From an uncultured Nitrospinota bacterium (lineage in GTDB: Bacteria; Tectomicrobia; Entotheonellia; J063; CAVPRW01): a stretch of DNA of 64,000 nucleotides. Where the stretch lies: contig CAVPRW010000027.1 of NCBI GenBank assembly GCA_963707985.1, forward strand, positions 128,001-192,000, written 5' to 3'. The notes under the pieces were generated by a model that was not told the origin of the DNA, did not search any database, and was given only the letters and a program-made list of their open reading frames with translations. The position numbers and the translations under genes were made by a program. Below, piece after piece: positions 21,840-31,754 of this stretch. Within the stretch, counting starts at the first letter, position 1; each line of letters opens with the position of its first letter.

Positions 21840-23176
21840 TGGTACAGCAACGCCTGCAGAGATTCGGTTACGCTGTCGTCATCGGGCTGGTCGTGGCCCT
21901 GGCGAGTACGTTCATGGCCTGTACCTTTGGGGCGCCGATTGGAAGCGACACCCCTGAAGGCATCAATGAAATCCTCAATAAGGCCCCGGTCCGCAGCCTC
22001 TCGGAAGGGGACCGCTGGACGGTCTATGAAGTCCCCGGGAAGATCCGCGTCCAGCACGGCTATGGCTGTGTGAAACAGGGCTATGCCGCCACCGAAGACT
22101 ATGTCGGGTTCCGCATTCAGGACATGGAAGCAGTGCCCCTCGAATTTGGCGACGCCGGCACCATCATCCTGAATGGGTGGGATGCCCAGTACACGAACGG
22201 CGACCACCATCTACTCGGGCTGGGCACGGCGATTTTCAACATCACCGGGACACTCACCCCAACCCAGTTCGAGCTGAGCTGGGAGGCCGGCGGGGTGTTG
22301 AGTGATAACGACGGCAATGACGGCTATAAATGGTGTTACCGGTATACGCTGGTGTTCTGGAAGCGGGGCGCAATTGAGGCCGTGGTACCCCCTCAGGACG
22401 ACGTGTCGACCACATTTGTGGACTCGAATACCGGTCCACCCTTGTACGACATCCACGGGAAATTCACCGATTCGACGTACAAAGGTGGCCCGCGGGTGGT
22501 GCTGCCACGGGGCGTTGGCCTGGTGTGGGGTGATGAGGATCACCATGTGTTACAAGTTGGCTTTGACCTGGGCACCCCTCCCCTGGGAGGCACCACAGTC
22601 CCCACTGGCAATACGATCACCTGGACCTCGCAGACGATTTTGAAGGACAATGATCCGGACAACGCGTACAACGCGGCAGCGCTCGTCAGCATCCTGAGTG
22701 GGCAGGGCGTCGAGATGTGGCAGCCCCGCAGCGTGTTGCACCTGACGGGCATTCCCCCCGCCTGGGTGCAGGAGCCGACCCAGCTGATCCTCCAGCCCGC
22801 CGAGCCAATTTCCTTCGGTCAGGGGTGCATTCTCGACGGGAGTGAGGAGTTCCAGGAGTTTTACTCGGTAGAACGGGTGCCCTACGAGTATGCGATCCCC
22901 GTGCTGACCGGGTGGGATATGCAGTATGACTGTACCGACCATCATGTCGAACGGATCGGGGTCTTCCTGGCCGACTTTGAGTATGTCAAAGCTCCCAACG
23001 CCCCCACCGGGACCCTGCACTATACGATTTTCTCCACCCTGAGGGACGACTCGGATAACGGTCATAACGCGAAGTACAAGGTCAGCGTTCTGGGGTTCAA
23101 CAAACTGGGCGGGGGTCGCCTAAGCCACCTGACAAGACGGCCCCTTCCCCCCAGGCACCCCTCCCGGATGTGTTGA
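21839..23176 (+). CDS. Putative lipoprotein with three repeated beta-rich, H-type-lectin-like units
   Basis: Signal ending LASTFMA-C; repeats LNGWDAQYTNGDHH, PRGVGLVWGDEDHH, LTGWDMQYDCTDHH. Confidence 0.6.
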   Translation: MVQQRLQRFGYAVVIGLVVALASTFMACTFGAPIGSDTPEGINEILNKAPVRSLSEGDRWTVYEVPGKIRVQHGYGCVKQGYAATEDYVGFRIQDMEAVPLEFGDAGTIILNGWDAQYTNGDHHLLGLGTAIFNITGTLTPTQFELSWEAGGVLSDNDGNDGYKWCYRYTLVFWKRGAIEAVVPPQDDVSTTFVDSNTGPPLYDIHGKFTDSTYKGGPRVVLPRGVGLVWGDEDHHVLQVGFDLGTPPLGGTTVPTGNTITWTSQTILKDNDPDNAYNAAALVSILSGQGVEMWQPRSVLHLTGIPPAWVQEPTQLILQPAEPISFGQGCILDGSEEFQEFYSVERVPYEYAIPVLTGWDMQYDCTDHHVERIGVFLADFEYVKAPNAPTGTLHYTIFSTLRDDSDNGHNAKYKVSVLGFNKLGGGRLSHLTRRPLPPRHPSRMC

Positions 23177-23265
23177 AGAAGTAGTTCCGATCGCGCCGTA
23201 GCCCGCCGTGCCGGGGGGCGCCGCCCCCCGGCTTCATCTCACACAGGATGCTCCAAGGAGACGTC

Positions 23266-24135
23266 ATGACCACACCCTGCACACGCCCCCGGGCCCGCAC
23301 CACCGATGGCCGCGGCGTCCACCAGCGACTCGCCTGGCAGACGACCCTCTGGTTGGGCGCGTTTGCCGGGCTGTTTGGGTATTTCCTGTTGCGTTACATG
23401 GTGCTGCAATTGCCCGTCTTGCCCCCCTACACCGTGGGGCCCCTCACGTTCACCCCCTTTGGGCCACTGGTCGCCCTGGGCATATGCTTCGGCATCCACC
23501 TCACCCACCGCTGGTGTGGGCACTTTGACCTGGAGTGGCCCACCGTGCAAGCCGTAGTGGCCTGGGTCTTGACCACGGGCGTGGTGATGGCACATTTCAT
23601 GGCCCTTGGCGATGCCTCCCCCGCCCGGCTGTTCGATCCCAGCGCCTTGCTAAATATGCGCAGCGACCTTTCCTCGTTTGGCGGGTTTCTCGGCGGCACC
23701 ATCGCCGCCGTGGTGTTCTGTAAGCGACGGGCGTTACCCCTCCGCCCGGTACTCGATTGCGTCCTTTACGGCTTGATCGGCGGCTGGCTCTTTGGGCGGC
23801 TGGGCTGTTTCTCGGTCCATGACCACCCGGGCGTTCCGACCGCGTTCCCAACCGGCGTGCGCATCCAGGGGGTGCTGCGTCACGATCTCGGGTTGTATGA
23901 ACTGGTGTTTACTCTGGGGTTGTTTACGGTTCTGACACTGGCCATGCGTCGGCGTCGGCGCTTTGACGGGTTTGTCGTGGCGGTGACGGCCACGACCTAC
24001 GCCCTCGTGCGCTTTGGCCTCGATTTCCTCCGCGTGGGTGACACCACGTATGCCGCCTTGACCCTGGCCCAATGGGGCTGTCTGCCGTTGTTCGCGCTCG
24101 GCGTGCACACCTTTCGGCGCGGCTGGCGGCGATGA
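23266..24135 (+). CDS. Divergent prolipoprotein diacylglyceryl transferase (Lgt family paralogue)
   Basis: LSSFGGFLGG, GRLGCFSVHDHPG, RHDLGLYE, RFGLDFLR. Confidence 0.8.
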   Translation: MTTPCTRPRARTTDGRGVHQRLAWQTTLWLGAFAGLFGYFLLRYMVLQLPVLPPYTVGPLTFTPFGPLVALGICFGIHLTHRWCGHFDLEWPTVQAVVAWVLTTGVVMAHFMALGDASPARLFDPSALLNMRSDLSSFGGFLGGTIAAVVFCKRRALPLRPVLDCVLYGLIGGWLFGRLGCFSVHDHPGVPTAFPTGVRIQGVLRHDLGLYELVFTLGLFTVLTLAMRRRRRFDGFVVAVTATTYALVRFGLDFLRVGDTTYAALTLAQWGCLPLFALGVHTFRRGWRR

Positions 24136-24218
24136 CGCGGAGCCGCAATCTAATCCGGGAATAAGGGTTTGGCGAGACATGGCAACAAAGGCTTCTGAAA
24201 GAAGGGAGGGATGGACAG

Positions 24219-24341
24219 ATGGATGTCATGACAGAAGTCCGGTTAATGGTGCTCAGCGGGTGGGTGCTGCTGTACGGCCTGGCATTCGGGATAGCTGTTG
24301 GCATCAAGGCGCTGCGCAAGCGCCGGAAGCGCCAGCCATAG
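24219..24341 (+). CDS. 40-aa single-TM small protein (below the ORF-track cutoff)
   Basis: MDVMTEVRLMVLSGWVLLYGLAFGIAVGIKALRKRRKRQP; GGAGGG upstream; hydrophobic helix plus basic tail. Confidence 0.5.
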   Translation: MDVMTEVRLMVLSGWVLLYGLAFGIAVGIKALRKRRKRQP

Positions 24342-24576
24342 GCATGGCCCGCCGCCGTGGACGCAGCGCCGGTCGGCCTCTTCTCAGGTGCTGCTCCAGC
24401 TTACGCATTCTCAGTGATGACTTCTGCATAAGGAGGCCTATTGCGATGGAGCTCGTTCTAGCTGATGGTACAGTTTTCTCCCGGTCGATCATTTGGTGCG
24501 CTGCGCGCGGCCCGGGGAGAGAAGGGTTTGAGTCATGAATTCCCTCTCCTCGTATCTGACAAAAGACTCGCCAATA

Positions 24577-24636
24577 CTGCCCCGGCGAGTTCTGGTCTTG
24601 GGTTCCGGAGCCCTGAAGATTGGGCAAGCGGGCGAA
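24577..24636 (+). pseudogene. carB: 20-codon fragment of the carbamoyl-phosphate synthase large-chain N-terminus
   Basis: LPRRVLVLGSGALKIGQAGE is the CarB N-terminal motif; the sequence diverges before FDYSG. Confidence 0.7.
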
Positions 24637-25415
24637 ATCGAGGCCACTGAGGACCGCCAGCTCTTTGTCGAGATGCTCGATGACATCAGGCTGGCCATTG
24701 ACCTCGGGATTTCCGTCGTTGGCGAAGCCGCTCTGACGCGTTGCGTGATTCAAGCACTCCTCAGCGCGCCGCTCGAATTACTTGAGGTAAAACCCTGGAA
24801 GCACTACGTGTCCCAGGTCTCGGCCGAGCGAGCCCGGTGTACACACCTGCTTGTTCGCGGGGAGGACGATGAGGCCGGTGAGCGAAGGAGGGGCATTCGA
24901 GGTGGCATACAATATCTTCGGCGGCAAGCGTGTTCAAGTATTCTTCGCCGTCTGGGAGCAGGCACCTATCAAGACCACTCTCCTTCGGGATCTGGACGAG
25001 TTAGTGCCTGTTCGATATGTCACGTTCAGCAGCCCAGAGGAACTCAGGAAGCCGCTGTTGGAATTCCTCGGCGCCTTTGCGGGGATCAGCGACACCGATG
25101 CTGCCGACTTAGCAGACCTGAGCAGTTGGGAAGCCGATGAGGTCACCGCGCCAGCAGGATGGACATAGGGGGACAAACAGACAAACTTCGCCAAATTTCC
25201 GTGACGTATATGGCTGGCTATAGCGACCTTATTCCGAGGCGCGAACGCCTTGCCGCCGCACAAGATATAATGCTCTATGATCATCAATCGTTGGGCGCGG
25301 GTGAGATGGCCCGAAAAGTGGCCCAATATCAAGGTATCAGGGCATATCTGCCTGATAATCATTGGTTCGGCCGTCTTGCATACGATCGGCTGCCCATCAC
25401 TTTCTAGGAGCTAGT

Positions 25416-25607
25416 CTGGAAGGCATTCAGTTCGTCGTCAACGAGAAGGGTCAGAAAGTCGCTGTCTTGATTGATTTGCACAAGTACGGTGAACTGTGGG
25501 AGGACTTTTACGACAGCCTCATCGCCCGTTTGCGAAAGGAGGAGCCAAGGGAAATCCTGACTTCGGTCAAAAAGCGTCTGCGCAAACAAGGCAAACTCGG
25601 TGACTGA
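25416..25607 (+). CDS. Putative antitoxin (non-canonical CTG start)
   Basis: EGIQFVVNEKGQKVAVLIDL...LWEDFYD; AGGAG RBS; overlaps relE. Confidence 0.7.
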   Translation: MEGIQFVVNEKGQKVAVLIDLHKYGELWEDFYDSLIARLRKEEPREILTSVKKRLRKQGKLGD

Positions 25608-25860
25608 ACATATGATTACGTTCGCGCGCTCTGCTCGCAGAGAGCTGGAGGCGTTGGATGTGCGTGTCGTCCAGCGAATAGTATCGGCGATCGACGCGTT
25701 AGCCGGAGATCCACGTCCCAGAGGCTGTCGCAAACTGCGAGGAGAGAGCAATCTCTGGCGGATTCGGATCGGCGAGTATCGAGTAGTCTAGGCGGTATAT
25801 GATGCGAGGCGGCTTGTCGACATCATTGCGGTTCGCCATCGTAGCAAAGCCTATGAATGA
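25600..25860 (+). pseudogene. relE: RelE/ParE-family toxin with an in-frame TAG at 25789-25791
   Basis: PRPRGCRKLRG, WRIRIGEYRVV*AVYD...IIAVRHRSKAYE. Confidence 0.85.
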
Positions 25861-25898
25861 GCCAATGGCAGGTGTGCAGGGATAATAAGCAGAGAACG

Positions 25899-25943
25899 GC
25901 CGAACCAGAGCCTGGAGCCGACGCGCAAGAAGCCGCGCGCGGC
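25899..25943 (+). other. Left half of an integron attC site
   Basis: GCCGAAC (R'') then AGCCTGGAGCCGACGCG, shared with the attC at 27781; L'/R' boxes missing. Confidence 0.7.
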
Positions 25944-26371
25944 CGACATTGACCTTCACATCTCACTCACTAATCAAACAGCCGAGAGAAGCTCTCGCGA
26001 AACGGCCGCGCGGGGCGCTCAAGGTGCCAACCCGCCAAACGTCACGCAATGGGTGCTGCAGTGAATCAGAACCCGTCTAACCGCGCAGCCGAAAGGGGGA
26101 AGCCATAGACTTTTATTCCGTAGTTGACGAGCCTGACGAGACGGCGAGCTGGGCCTATCTTCTCGGCGAGGTCAGCGTCTACATGGAATTGCTATTCATT
26201 TTGAACAGCCGCCGTGACAAAGAGGTCTGGCAGTACATCGTTGGCGTGGCCGCTCACCTCGAGTACCTCGCTGAAGCTGTCATCCCTCGCTGCGCCCGGG
26301 ACTCCGCTGCGCTTCGTTGGACGGCAGCCGTCATAGTACCCGTCACCCGAGCCCTGGTTCAAGACTCCCTG

Positions 26372-26380
26372 TGCTATAAT
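26372..26380 (+). promoter_or_regulatory. Extended -10 promoter for the 26409-27141 pair
   Basis: TGCTATAAT about 29 bp upstream of ATG 26409. Confidence 0.5.
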
Positions 26381-26408
26381 CTGGTTCGGACGTAATCGAC
26401 TGGTCGCC

Positions 26409-26759
26409 ATGCCCAGTAACAGGATGCTTATGCCTGCTGGCAGACGTTGGACGGTTCGGGATCGCTATAGCAATGCTGTCTACCTCACGCATGAGCGATG
26501 GCACCACATTATCGGGGCAATGAACCATCCCGAGATGGCGCTTTACGAAGAGCAATTGAAAGAAACCATACAGTCAGGCCAGCGCCGACAAGATGCTCTC
26601 AACCCGCAAAAATACCGCTACGTCAAAGCGTTTGCTGATCTGCCCGAGGGCAACACGCATATGGTCGCGATCGTCTTGTTTCGGTTTCGTCAGGGCGACG
26701 ACGGGAAACTCAATCCGAACAACTACATCGTCACGGCTTACATGAGAGAACTTGGATGA
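26409..26759 (+). CDS. Putative BECR/RelE-fold nuclease toxin
   Basis: VYLTHERWHHI...HPEM, YIVTAY C-terminus; paired with a DUF2283 gene. Confidence 0.6.
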   Translation: MPSNRMLMPAGRRWTVRDRYSNAVYLTHERWHHIIGAMNHPEMALYEEQLKETIQSGQRRQDALNPQKYRYVKAFADLPEGNTHMVAIVLFRFRQGDDGKLNPNNYIVTAYMRELG

Positions 26760-26763
26760 AACC

Positions 26764-27141
26764 ATGAGTGAACCGGTCTTTACCTATGATGAAGCCAGCG
26801 ATACGTTGTACATTTCTTTTGCACCTGGTGAGGCGGCCACAGGTATCGAATTAACGGATCATATCCTCCTGCGTATCAATAAGAGAGAGCGCCGTGCTAT
26901 TGGGCTAACCCTATTGGACTACTCCATCCTCGCGCACACAACGGATATTGGTCCACGGAGCTTCCCCCTGACGGGTCTTGACGAGCTGTCAGATGACCTA
27001 CGAGAAATGGTACTGGACATCCTGTTGCATCCACCAGTGCATGAGATCCTCTCGCTCTCGGCATATACACCCTCACTCGCTGAAATGATCCCAATCATCT
27101 CATTGCAACCGTTGTCAGTAGCAGCAAGTACATCCTTATAG
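26764..27141 (+). CDS. DUF2283-domain protein (antitoxin-like)
   Basis: YDEASDTLYISF...AIGLTLLDYS motif. Confidence 0.8.
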   Translation: MSEPVFTYDEASDTLYISFAPGEAATGIELTDHILLRINKRERRAIGLTLLDYSILAHTTDIGPRSFPLTGLDELSDDLREMVLDILLHPPVHEILSLSAYTPSLAEMIPIISLQPLSVAASTSL

Positions 27142-27163
27142 CACCGGCAAGTTACCGTCTAAC

Positions 27164-27775
27164 CGCAAGGTCAAGCCGTTCAACGGAGTGAGCACACTTT
27201 TCAGGCGACTACGCACACACCTAGCGTCCGTTGGCCCCGGTGTCCAAATTGAGTTCTACCTGATAAGCAGCGGTCTTGGGGAAATCCTGCGTAACACGCA
27301 AATCGCCAAGCACTTCGCGGCTATTTGGGCCTGCGATTTCGAGTATGGTCCGGACGCACGAATCACCTTCCCTAAACGCATCGTGAGCTTTACTGACAAA
27401 ACACGCTATCTGTTTTACGTCTCAAAGGGACTAATTGGACCCGAATATGATTCGAAGCCGTTCGAGGTAAACCGCAAAGTACCTGATGATCAGCTTCGTG
27501 TCCCTTTTGACCGCATGATCTTCGTGGGGGACGGCTATACTGACGTTCCTTGCTTCTCGTTGGTACGCAAAGCCGGCGGCGTGGCTTTAGGTGTGTACGA
27601 TCCCAACAACCGTAAACGTTGGGGACGCGCTTGGGGATTCATCGAGGACGGACGCGTGTCAAACCTTGTGCCGGCGGATTATGGTAAATCCGGCAGCCTC
27701 TACCATTCGCTGCTGATGGCACTTGACGCTATGGCGAATCGCGTTGCACTCATGCGTCAATCATACCAAGGTTAG
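27164..27775 (+). pseudogene. 5'-truncated HAD-like hydrolase cassette
   Basis: YLISSGL, KTRYLF, MIFVGDGYTDVPCF; N-terminal DxD motif absent; fused directly after GTCTAAC. Confidence 0.75.
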
Positions 27776-27780
27776 AGGCC

Positions 27781-27839
27781 GTCTAACAACAGCCTGGAGC
27801 CGACGCGGTAACCCGCGCAGCTCATGCCTACCGTTCGGT
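27781..27839 (+). other. Complete 59-bp integron attC site
   Basis: R'' GTCTAAC, L'' GCCTGGAGC, stem CGCG/CGCG, L' GCTCATGC, R' GTTCGGT; starts 5 bp after the HAD stop. Confidence 0.8.
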
Positions 27840-27879
27840 AGACCAAGCAAGAAAGTCAAACAGCGAGATCGTCCAGGGG

Positions 27880-28342
27880 GCTTGGAATTCCCTGGCCACC
27901 TTGATGGCTTTGTTGATGATGTTGGGGTCAACATGATGTCGACGGGTGACACCGGAACGTGGGTCGACGGAGACGTCCCGGGGGGGAAGGCATACTGCCA
28001 GCCCCATATCGTAGCAGTATGCAGAGACTTCCGCGCCAGTGCATGGGGCAGGTAGTCTGCACCTTGTCCCTGTGCCACATCCTGCTGATGCAGCATGTTG
28101 ACCCTCGCCGGTTGGTTTTGAAGCAACGGGGTAAGCGTCGCGGGAAAGGTGGTGAAGCGGTCCTTATCGCCCTTGCCCGAGCGGACGGTCAGTGGCTTCA
28201 TCGCAAAGTCGATGTCCTGGACTCTGAGCCGGACGGCTTCCATAATGCGTAAGCCGCTCCCGTAAAGCAATTGAGCCACCAGTTGTGGGGTGCCGTCCAT
28301 GAGCACGAGGACGGTGGCACCTTCGTCGCGGGTCATCACCAC
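27880..28342 (-). pseudogene. intI: Integron integrase internal fragment
   Basis: LLYGSGLRIMEAVRLRVQDID, VRSGKGDKDR, integron-specific insertion YLPHALARK...WGWQYAFP, frameshift to RHHVDP. Confidence 0.9.
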
Positions 28343-28632
28343 GCGGATTTCTTAGAACGCCACTGGCCCTCACTCAACGAGCTGACAGACTGGCTTGGCA
28401 TGTCGGAGGAGACCAACAAGGGGATCTCATACGCTGTCATGCGCAACCTCGGTTTCGATCCACCGGAGCTCGATGCAGACGCCTCACCCTTTCATCGAAC
28501 GGACGCACAACGGTGGGGCACGTTTGCGTGCTCCGTCACGGCAGGCGGCGCCGTTGTGTGCCGTTCATGTCCAACATTCGGCGTCATGCATCCCGCCGAA
28601 GTTGCGATGATAATTGATTGGAAGCTGATCCG

Positions 28633-29316
28633 ATGGCTGCCACAACCGTTACCCTTCTATGCCGATTTGGCCCGTATCTTTTCATCGTCCCAGCCACTAC
28701 CACGATAGGGGCACTCGCCAGCACGCTGGCCGGTTCCGTGGCTATGGTTGCGATCGGCGCCGTGATCGGACTGGGCTGGGGTGTGCTCGTAGGGCGCATC
28801 GCCGGGTGGCCGGGCCGGCGAGAGGACTGGGATCTCAAACTGGCGAATCGGTCGATGTTGCTGGCAGTTCTAGCAGCGACCACGCTGTTCGGCGGCTCAC
28901 TGTTCGCGATGATGCTGTACGCCGCAGCGTCGTCGTCGCCCGAGATCGTGCTCATTCTAATGCGGCCGCCGATGAAAGGCGGATTCACGTTCTTCCTGAT
29001 CTTCAATACGCTAATGGAATGGTTGGTGATCCCCCCAGCCGTCTACCTTAACTGGCACCTTTCGCAGCGCAGAATACTCGTTGTCGTCGGGGCTCTTCTG
29101 TACTACGCGGCGCGCGTCTGGACCTACCTCTACTTCGTCCCGAACATCTTCGAGTTTATGGCGACGTCCACCGGCGGCCCACTATCCGCGGAACTGGTGA
29201 ACCGGGTGACGCGATGGGTGAACCTGAGCTGGGTCAGGGCAGCCATCGATGGGTTGACAGCTGGGCTCTTCCTAGTGGCTGCCTCGAAGGCCGGCGCGCC
29301 GAGGAGCCGCGTATGA
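28633..29316 (+). CDS. Multi-pass membrane protein (cassette-like)
   Basis: Several hydrophobic helices; attC-like sequence begins just after the stop. Confidence 0.65.
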   Translation: MAATTVTLLCRFGPYLFIVPATTTIGALASTLAGSVAMVAIGAVIGLGWGVLVGRIAGWPGRREDWDLKLANRSMLLAVLAATTLFGGSLFAMMLYAAASSSPEIVLILMRPPMKGGFTFFLIFNTLMEWLVIPPAVYLNWHLSQRRILVVVGALLYYAARVWTYLYFVPNIFEFMATSTGGPLSAELVNRVTRWVNLSWVRAAIDGLTAGLFLVAASKAGAPRSRV

Positions 29317-29317
29317 C

Positions 29318-29400
29318 GCCGAACCCCCGCGTCATACGGACCGCCCAACGGCGTCGCCGTTGGGTTCCCATCGCATTTCGCGCAGCGGCCGGCATCCTCT
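29318..29400 (+). other. Partial or degenerate attC site
   Basis: GCCGAAC R'' after the stop, then hairpin CCCAACGGCGTCGCCGTTGGG; no clear GTTRRRY end. Confidence 0.55.
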
Positions 29401-29565
29401 GAGCGCCGGCCTGAGGATAAGGCGTGTTCCCGAAATTATCAACGCAGCTTCGACCGCCATGCGGGGGCCCTTGCGCCTCTCGCACGCGACACGGGCGCCG
29501 AGGGATACCCTCGACGCCCGTGGGCAAGAACCGCGAGGACCGTGACGCTGCTCGCGGAGGACCGC

Positions 29566-29973
29566 CTAGCGCATCGGCGCGGATCGGATCGGGCGCCGGA
29601 AGAGATTGCCGAAGACGGGGTCCGGCAGTTCCTCCTCGAGGACCAGCGTGCCGCGCAGGTTCGTGACATTTCCCGCCGTGGCGATACAGGCAAAGACCCC
29701 CGAGCCCGAGTCCGTGACGCGCGCGACAAGGTTACAGAACTGCCCCGCGCCCAGCGGGCCGGAGCAGTTCGACGTCGCCTCCGTCCCGCCAAAGTCGTTG
29801 ACGATCTTCAGGGCCACCGTAAGCGCGGACGTCCCGCCATTGAGGACCACGCAGTGGGCAAGGTCCTGTGAGCTGGTGCCGAAAATCGTCGGACTGGAGA
29901 TCTGGGCGGCATACGACATGCCGCCGAGCGCCAGCACCGCGGCGCAGGCCATCGCCAGGATGAGCGTTTTCAT
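29566..29973 (-). CDS. Small secreted protein with 4 Cys (paralogue A)
   Basis: Signal peptide MKTLILAMACAAVLALGGMSYA; AAGGAGG RBS; C-x-x-LN-G, C...C, FAC, LRGTL. Confidence 0.8.
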   Translation of the reverse strand: MKTLILAMACAAVLALGGMSYAAQISSPTIFGTSSQDLAHCVVLNGGTSALTVALKIVNDFGGTEATSNCSGPLGAGQFCNLVARVTDSGSGVFACIATAGNVTNLRGTLVLEEELPDPVFGNLFRRPIRSAPMR

Positions 29974-30032
29974 CGCAACCTCCTTACGTTGGTGCATAGG
30001 AGTATGCACATGTGGGTGAGAGGGGCAGGGCC

Positions 30033-30431
30033 TTACCGCAGATCCTCTGCCGCGCGCACCCTGGATTCATGATCAAATTCGCCGATTTCAAGCGTGCCTC
30101 GCAACGAGGAGACGTTGGAAGCCGTCACCTTACAGGCGACGAAGGAGTCATCAGGCAACTCGTCCGTCATCACCATACACGCACCCCCTCCAGCCAGCGG
30201 GGCCTGGTTGCAAGTGTCGATGTCCATGACACCCACGCCATTGTTCGAGACCAGTGAGACCTGCACGCTGACCGGGGTGGTCCCGGTGTTCAGGATGCGG
30301 CACGCCCCATAGATGCCGACATTGATTCGGCCATCGGTCGGCAGCGGGGGGCTGAGGAGCTGCGCCGCCTGTACAAGGCTGGCGAGTCCCAAGAAGACAG
30401 CGAAGGCGGTCACAGCAATGTACGTTCTCAT
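30033..30431 (-). CDS. Small secreted protein with 4 Cys (paralogue B)
   Basis: Signal peptide MRTYIAVTAFAVFLGLASLVQA; AGGAGG RBS; same Cys spacing and LRGTL as paralogue A. Confidence 0.8.
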   Translation of the reverse strand: MRTYIAVTAFAVFLGLASLVQAAQLLSPPLPTDGRINVGIYGACRILNTGTTPVSVQVSLVSNNGVGVMDIDTCNQAPLAGGGACMVMTDELPDDSFVACKVTASNVSSLRGTLEIGEFDHESRVRAAEDLR

Positions 30432-31313
30432 GGAAACCTCCTGACGGTTCATGGTTGAGCCCATGCGCGTGGCTCGGGAGCAGGCTCACCCGAGCCCGAT
30501 CGAGCACGCGCCACTCGTCTCATGACAGGGACGCGCGGTGGCCCCGGTACGGGGCCTGCCGTGGGCAGGCAGCTATCCTGCGCTTTCCCCGCCGCTAAAT
30601 ATCACGAGCCCGCTGTCAACGAGATCGTCAAACCTCGGCCATCACCTCCTTTCTCGACGCTCGTTGAGAGCCTCTTGCATCGTCTTTCATGAGGCCTCAC
30701 CCACGAGGCCCCAGCGCCCCAAGCTTCCCTGAGCCGTGCCGCCCACGTCACCCCTGGCGGTCGTCCCATCTGAGCGCTCTGCCTTCCAGGAGAGGGCAAA
30801 ACCGATGCCACCCGGCCGGGTGTACGCTTTGGGCTGTGTTCGCAAGCAGTTGCAGCGCACGAGCGGCTTGGCATGGCCCTGCCCCCCCTGCGACGGCAGT
30901 TGACAGGCATACGCCGCCGTGACCGGCAGGGCACGACCCACCAGGCCCGTCGTCCGGTGCCACTCCGGTCGCCGGTGCAACCTACGTCGCACCCTCCCAG
31001 CCCTGGGGCAATGATTTCGTGCGGTGGGGACCGATCGCACCCGCGCCGCGTCGCACGGGGCCATCGCCGATGTGCCCTGTGTGGCACGGGGGACCAAGCT
31101 CGCCACCACATCCTTGACCTCAGTGGGGAATGATACCGACCGTATCTAGAGGCGCGAACCCCTGGCCGCGCATCCAATATAATGCTCCCTGATCGTGGAT
31201 AGGTGAGCGCTGGTGAGGAGGCCCGAATAGTGGCCCAATTCCGAGGGATCAGGACACATCGGCCTGATACGCCGTGGTGAGGCGTGTACGTTGACTATTG
31301 AGGTCATCAAAAC

Positions 31314-31531
31314 ATGGAAAGCATCGAAAGCATTCTCAACGTTTTTCAGCAGCTTGACTGGCGCTCGATATTCGACTTTATTCCCATCGCTGCATGCATT
31401 GCCGCGGCTGTCACGCTCGGCAGTACCATTGCCGCACGAAAGCAGGCTCAAAGGGCTTTGACCATCCATCTTCACGAGTATTATCTCAGTGCAGACTTCC
31501 ATGCCAAAGTCAGGGCCCCTGCGTACCAGGT
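31314..31531 (+). pseudogene. Membrane-anchored hypothetical gene truncated by an IS6 remnant
   Basis: N-terminal TM, then LTIHLHEYYLSADFHAKVRAPAY; ends at IS6-like end GGTGGTGTCAAC. Confidence 0.5.
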
Positions 31532-31730
31532 GGTGGTGTCAACTGTTGCACCACGAAGGTGAGTTTGGATGCGTGCTCGGTGATGGCTCGTTTCCGCCGC
31601 CGCTAGCAGCTCCATCAAATGGGCAAAAGAGGTACCGCCACCGCTCTTGGACGGGCACAGAGGTCTCATCGACGTACCAACTCTTGCTGGCGGTGCCCCG
31701 GCGTTTCTTCCGTAGGCACGCTATCGACAC
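31532..31730 (-). mobile_element. IS6-family remnant
   Basis: SWYVDETSVPVQERWRYLF is a degenerate IS6 DDE motif (W.VDETYVKV.G.W.YLY). Confidence 0.7.
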
Positions 31731-31754
31731 AGGGGCCAGCCGGGCCTCCTATGC

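Noticed and set aside
30869..30885. TTGGCATGGCCCTGC as a sigma54 promoter
   Set aside because: GG-to-GC spacing is 9 nt rather than 10, and it points away from the secreted genes.
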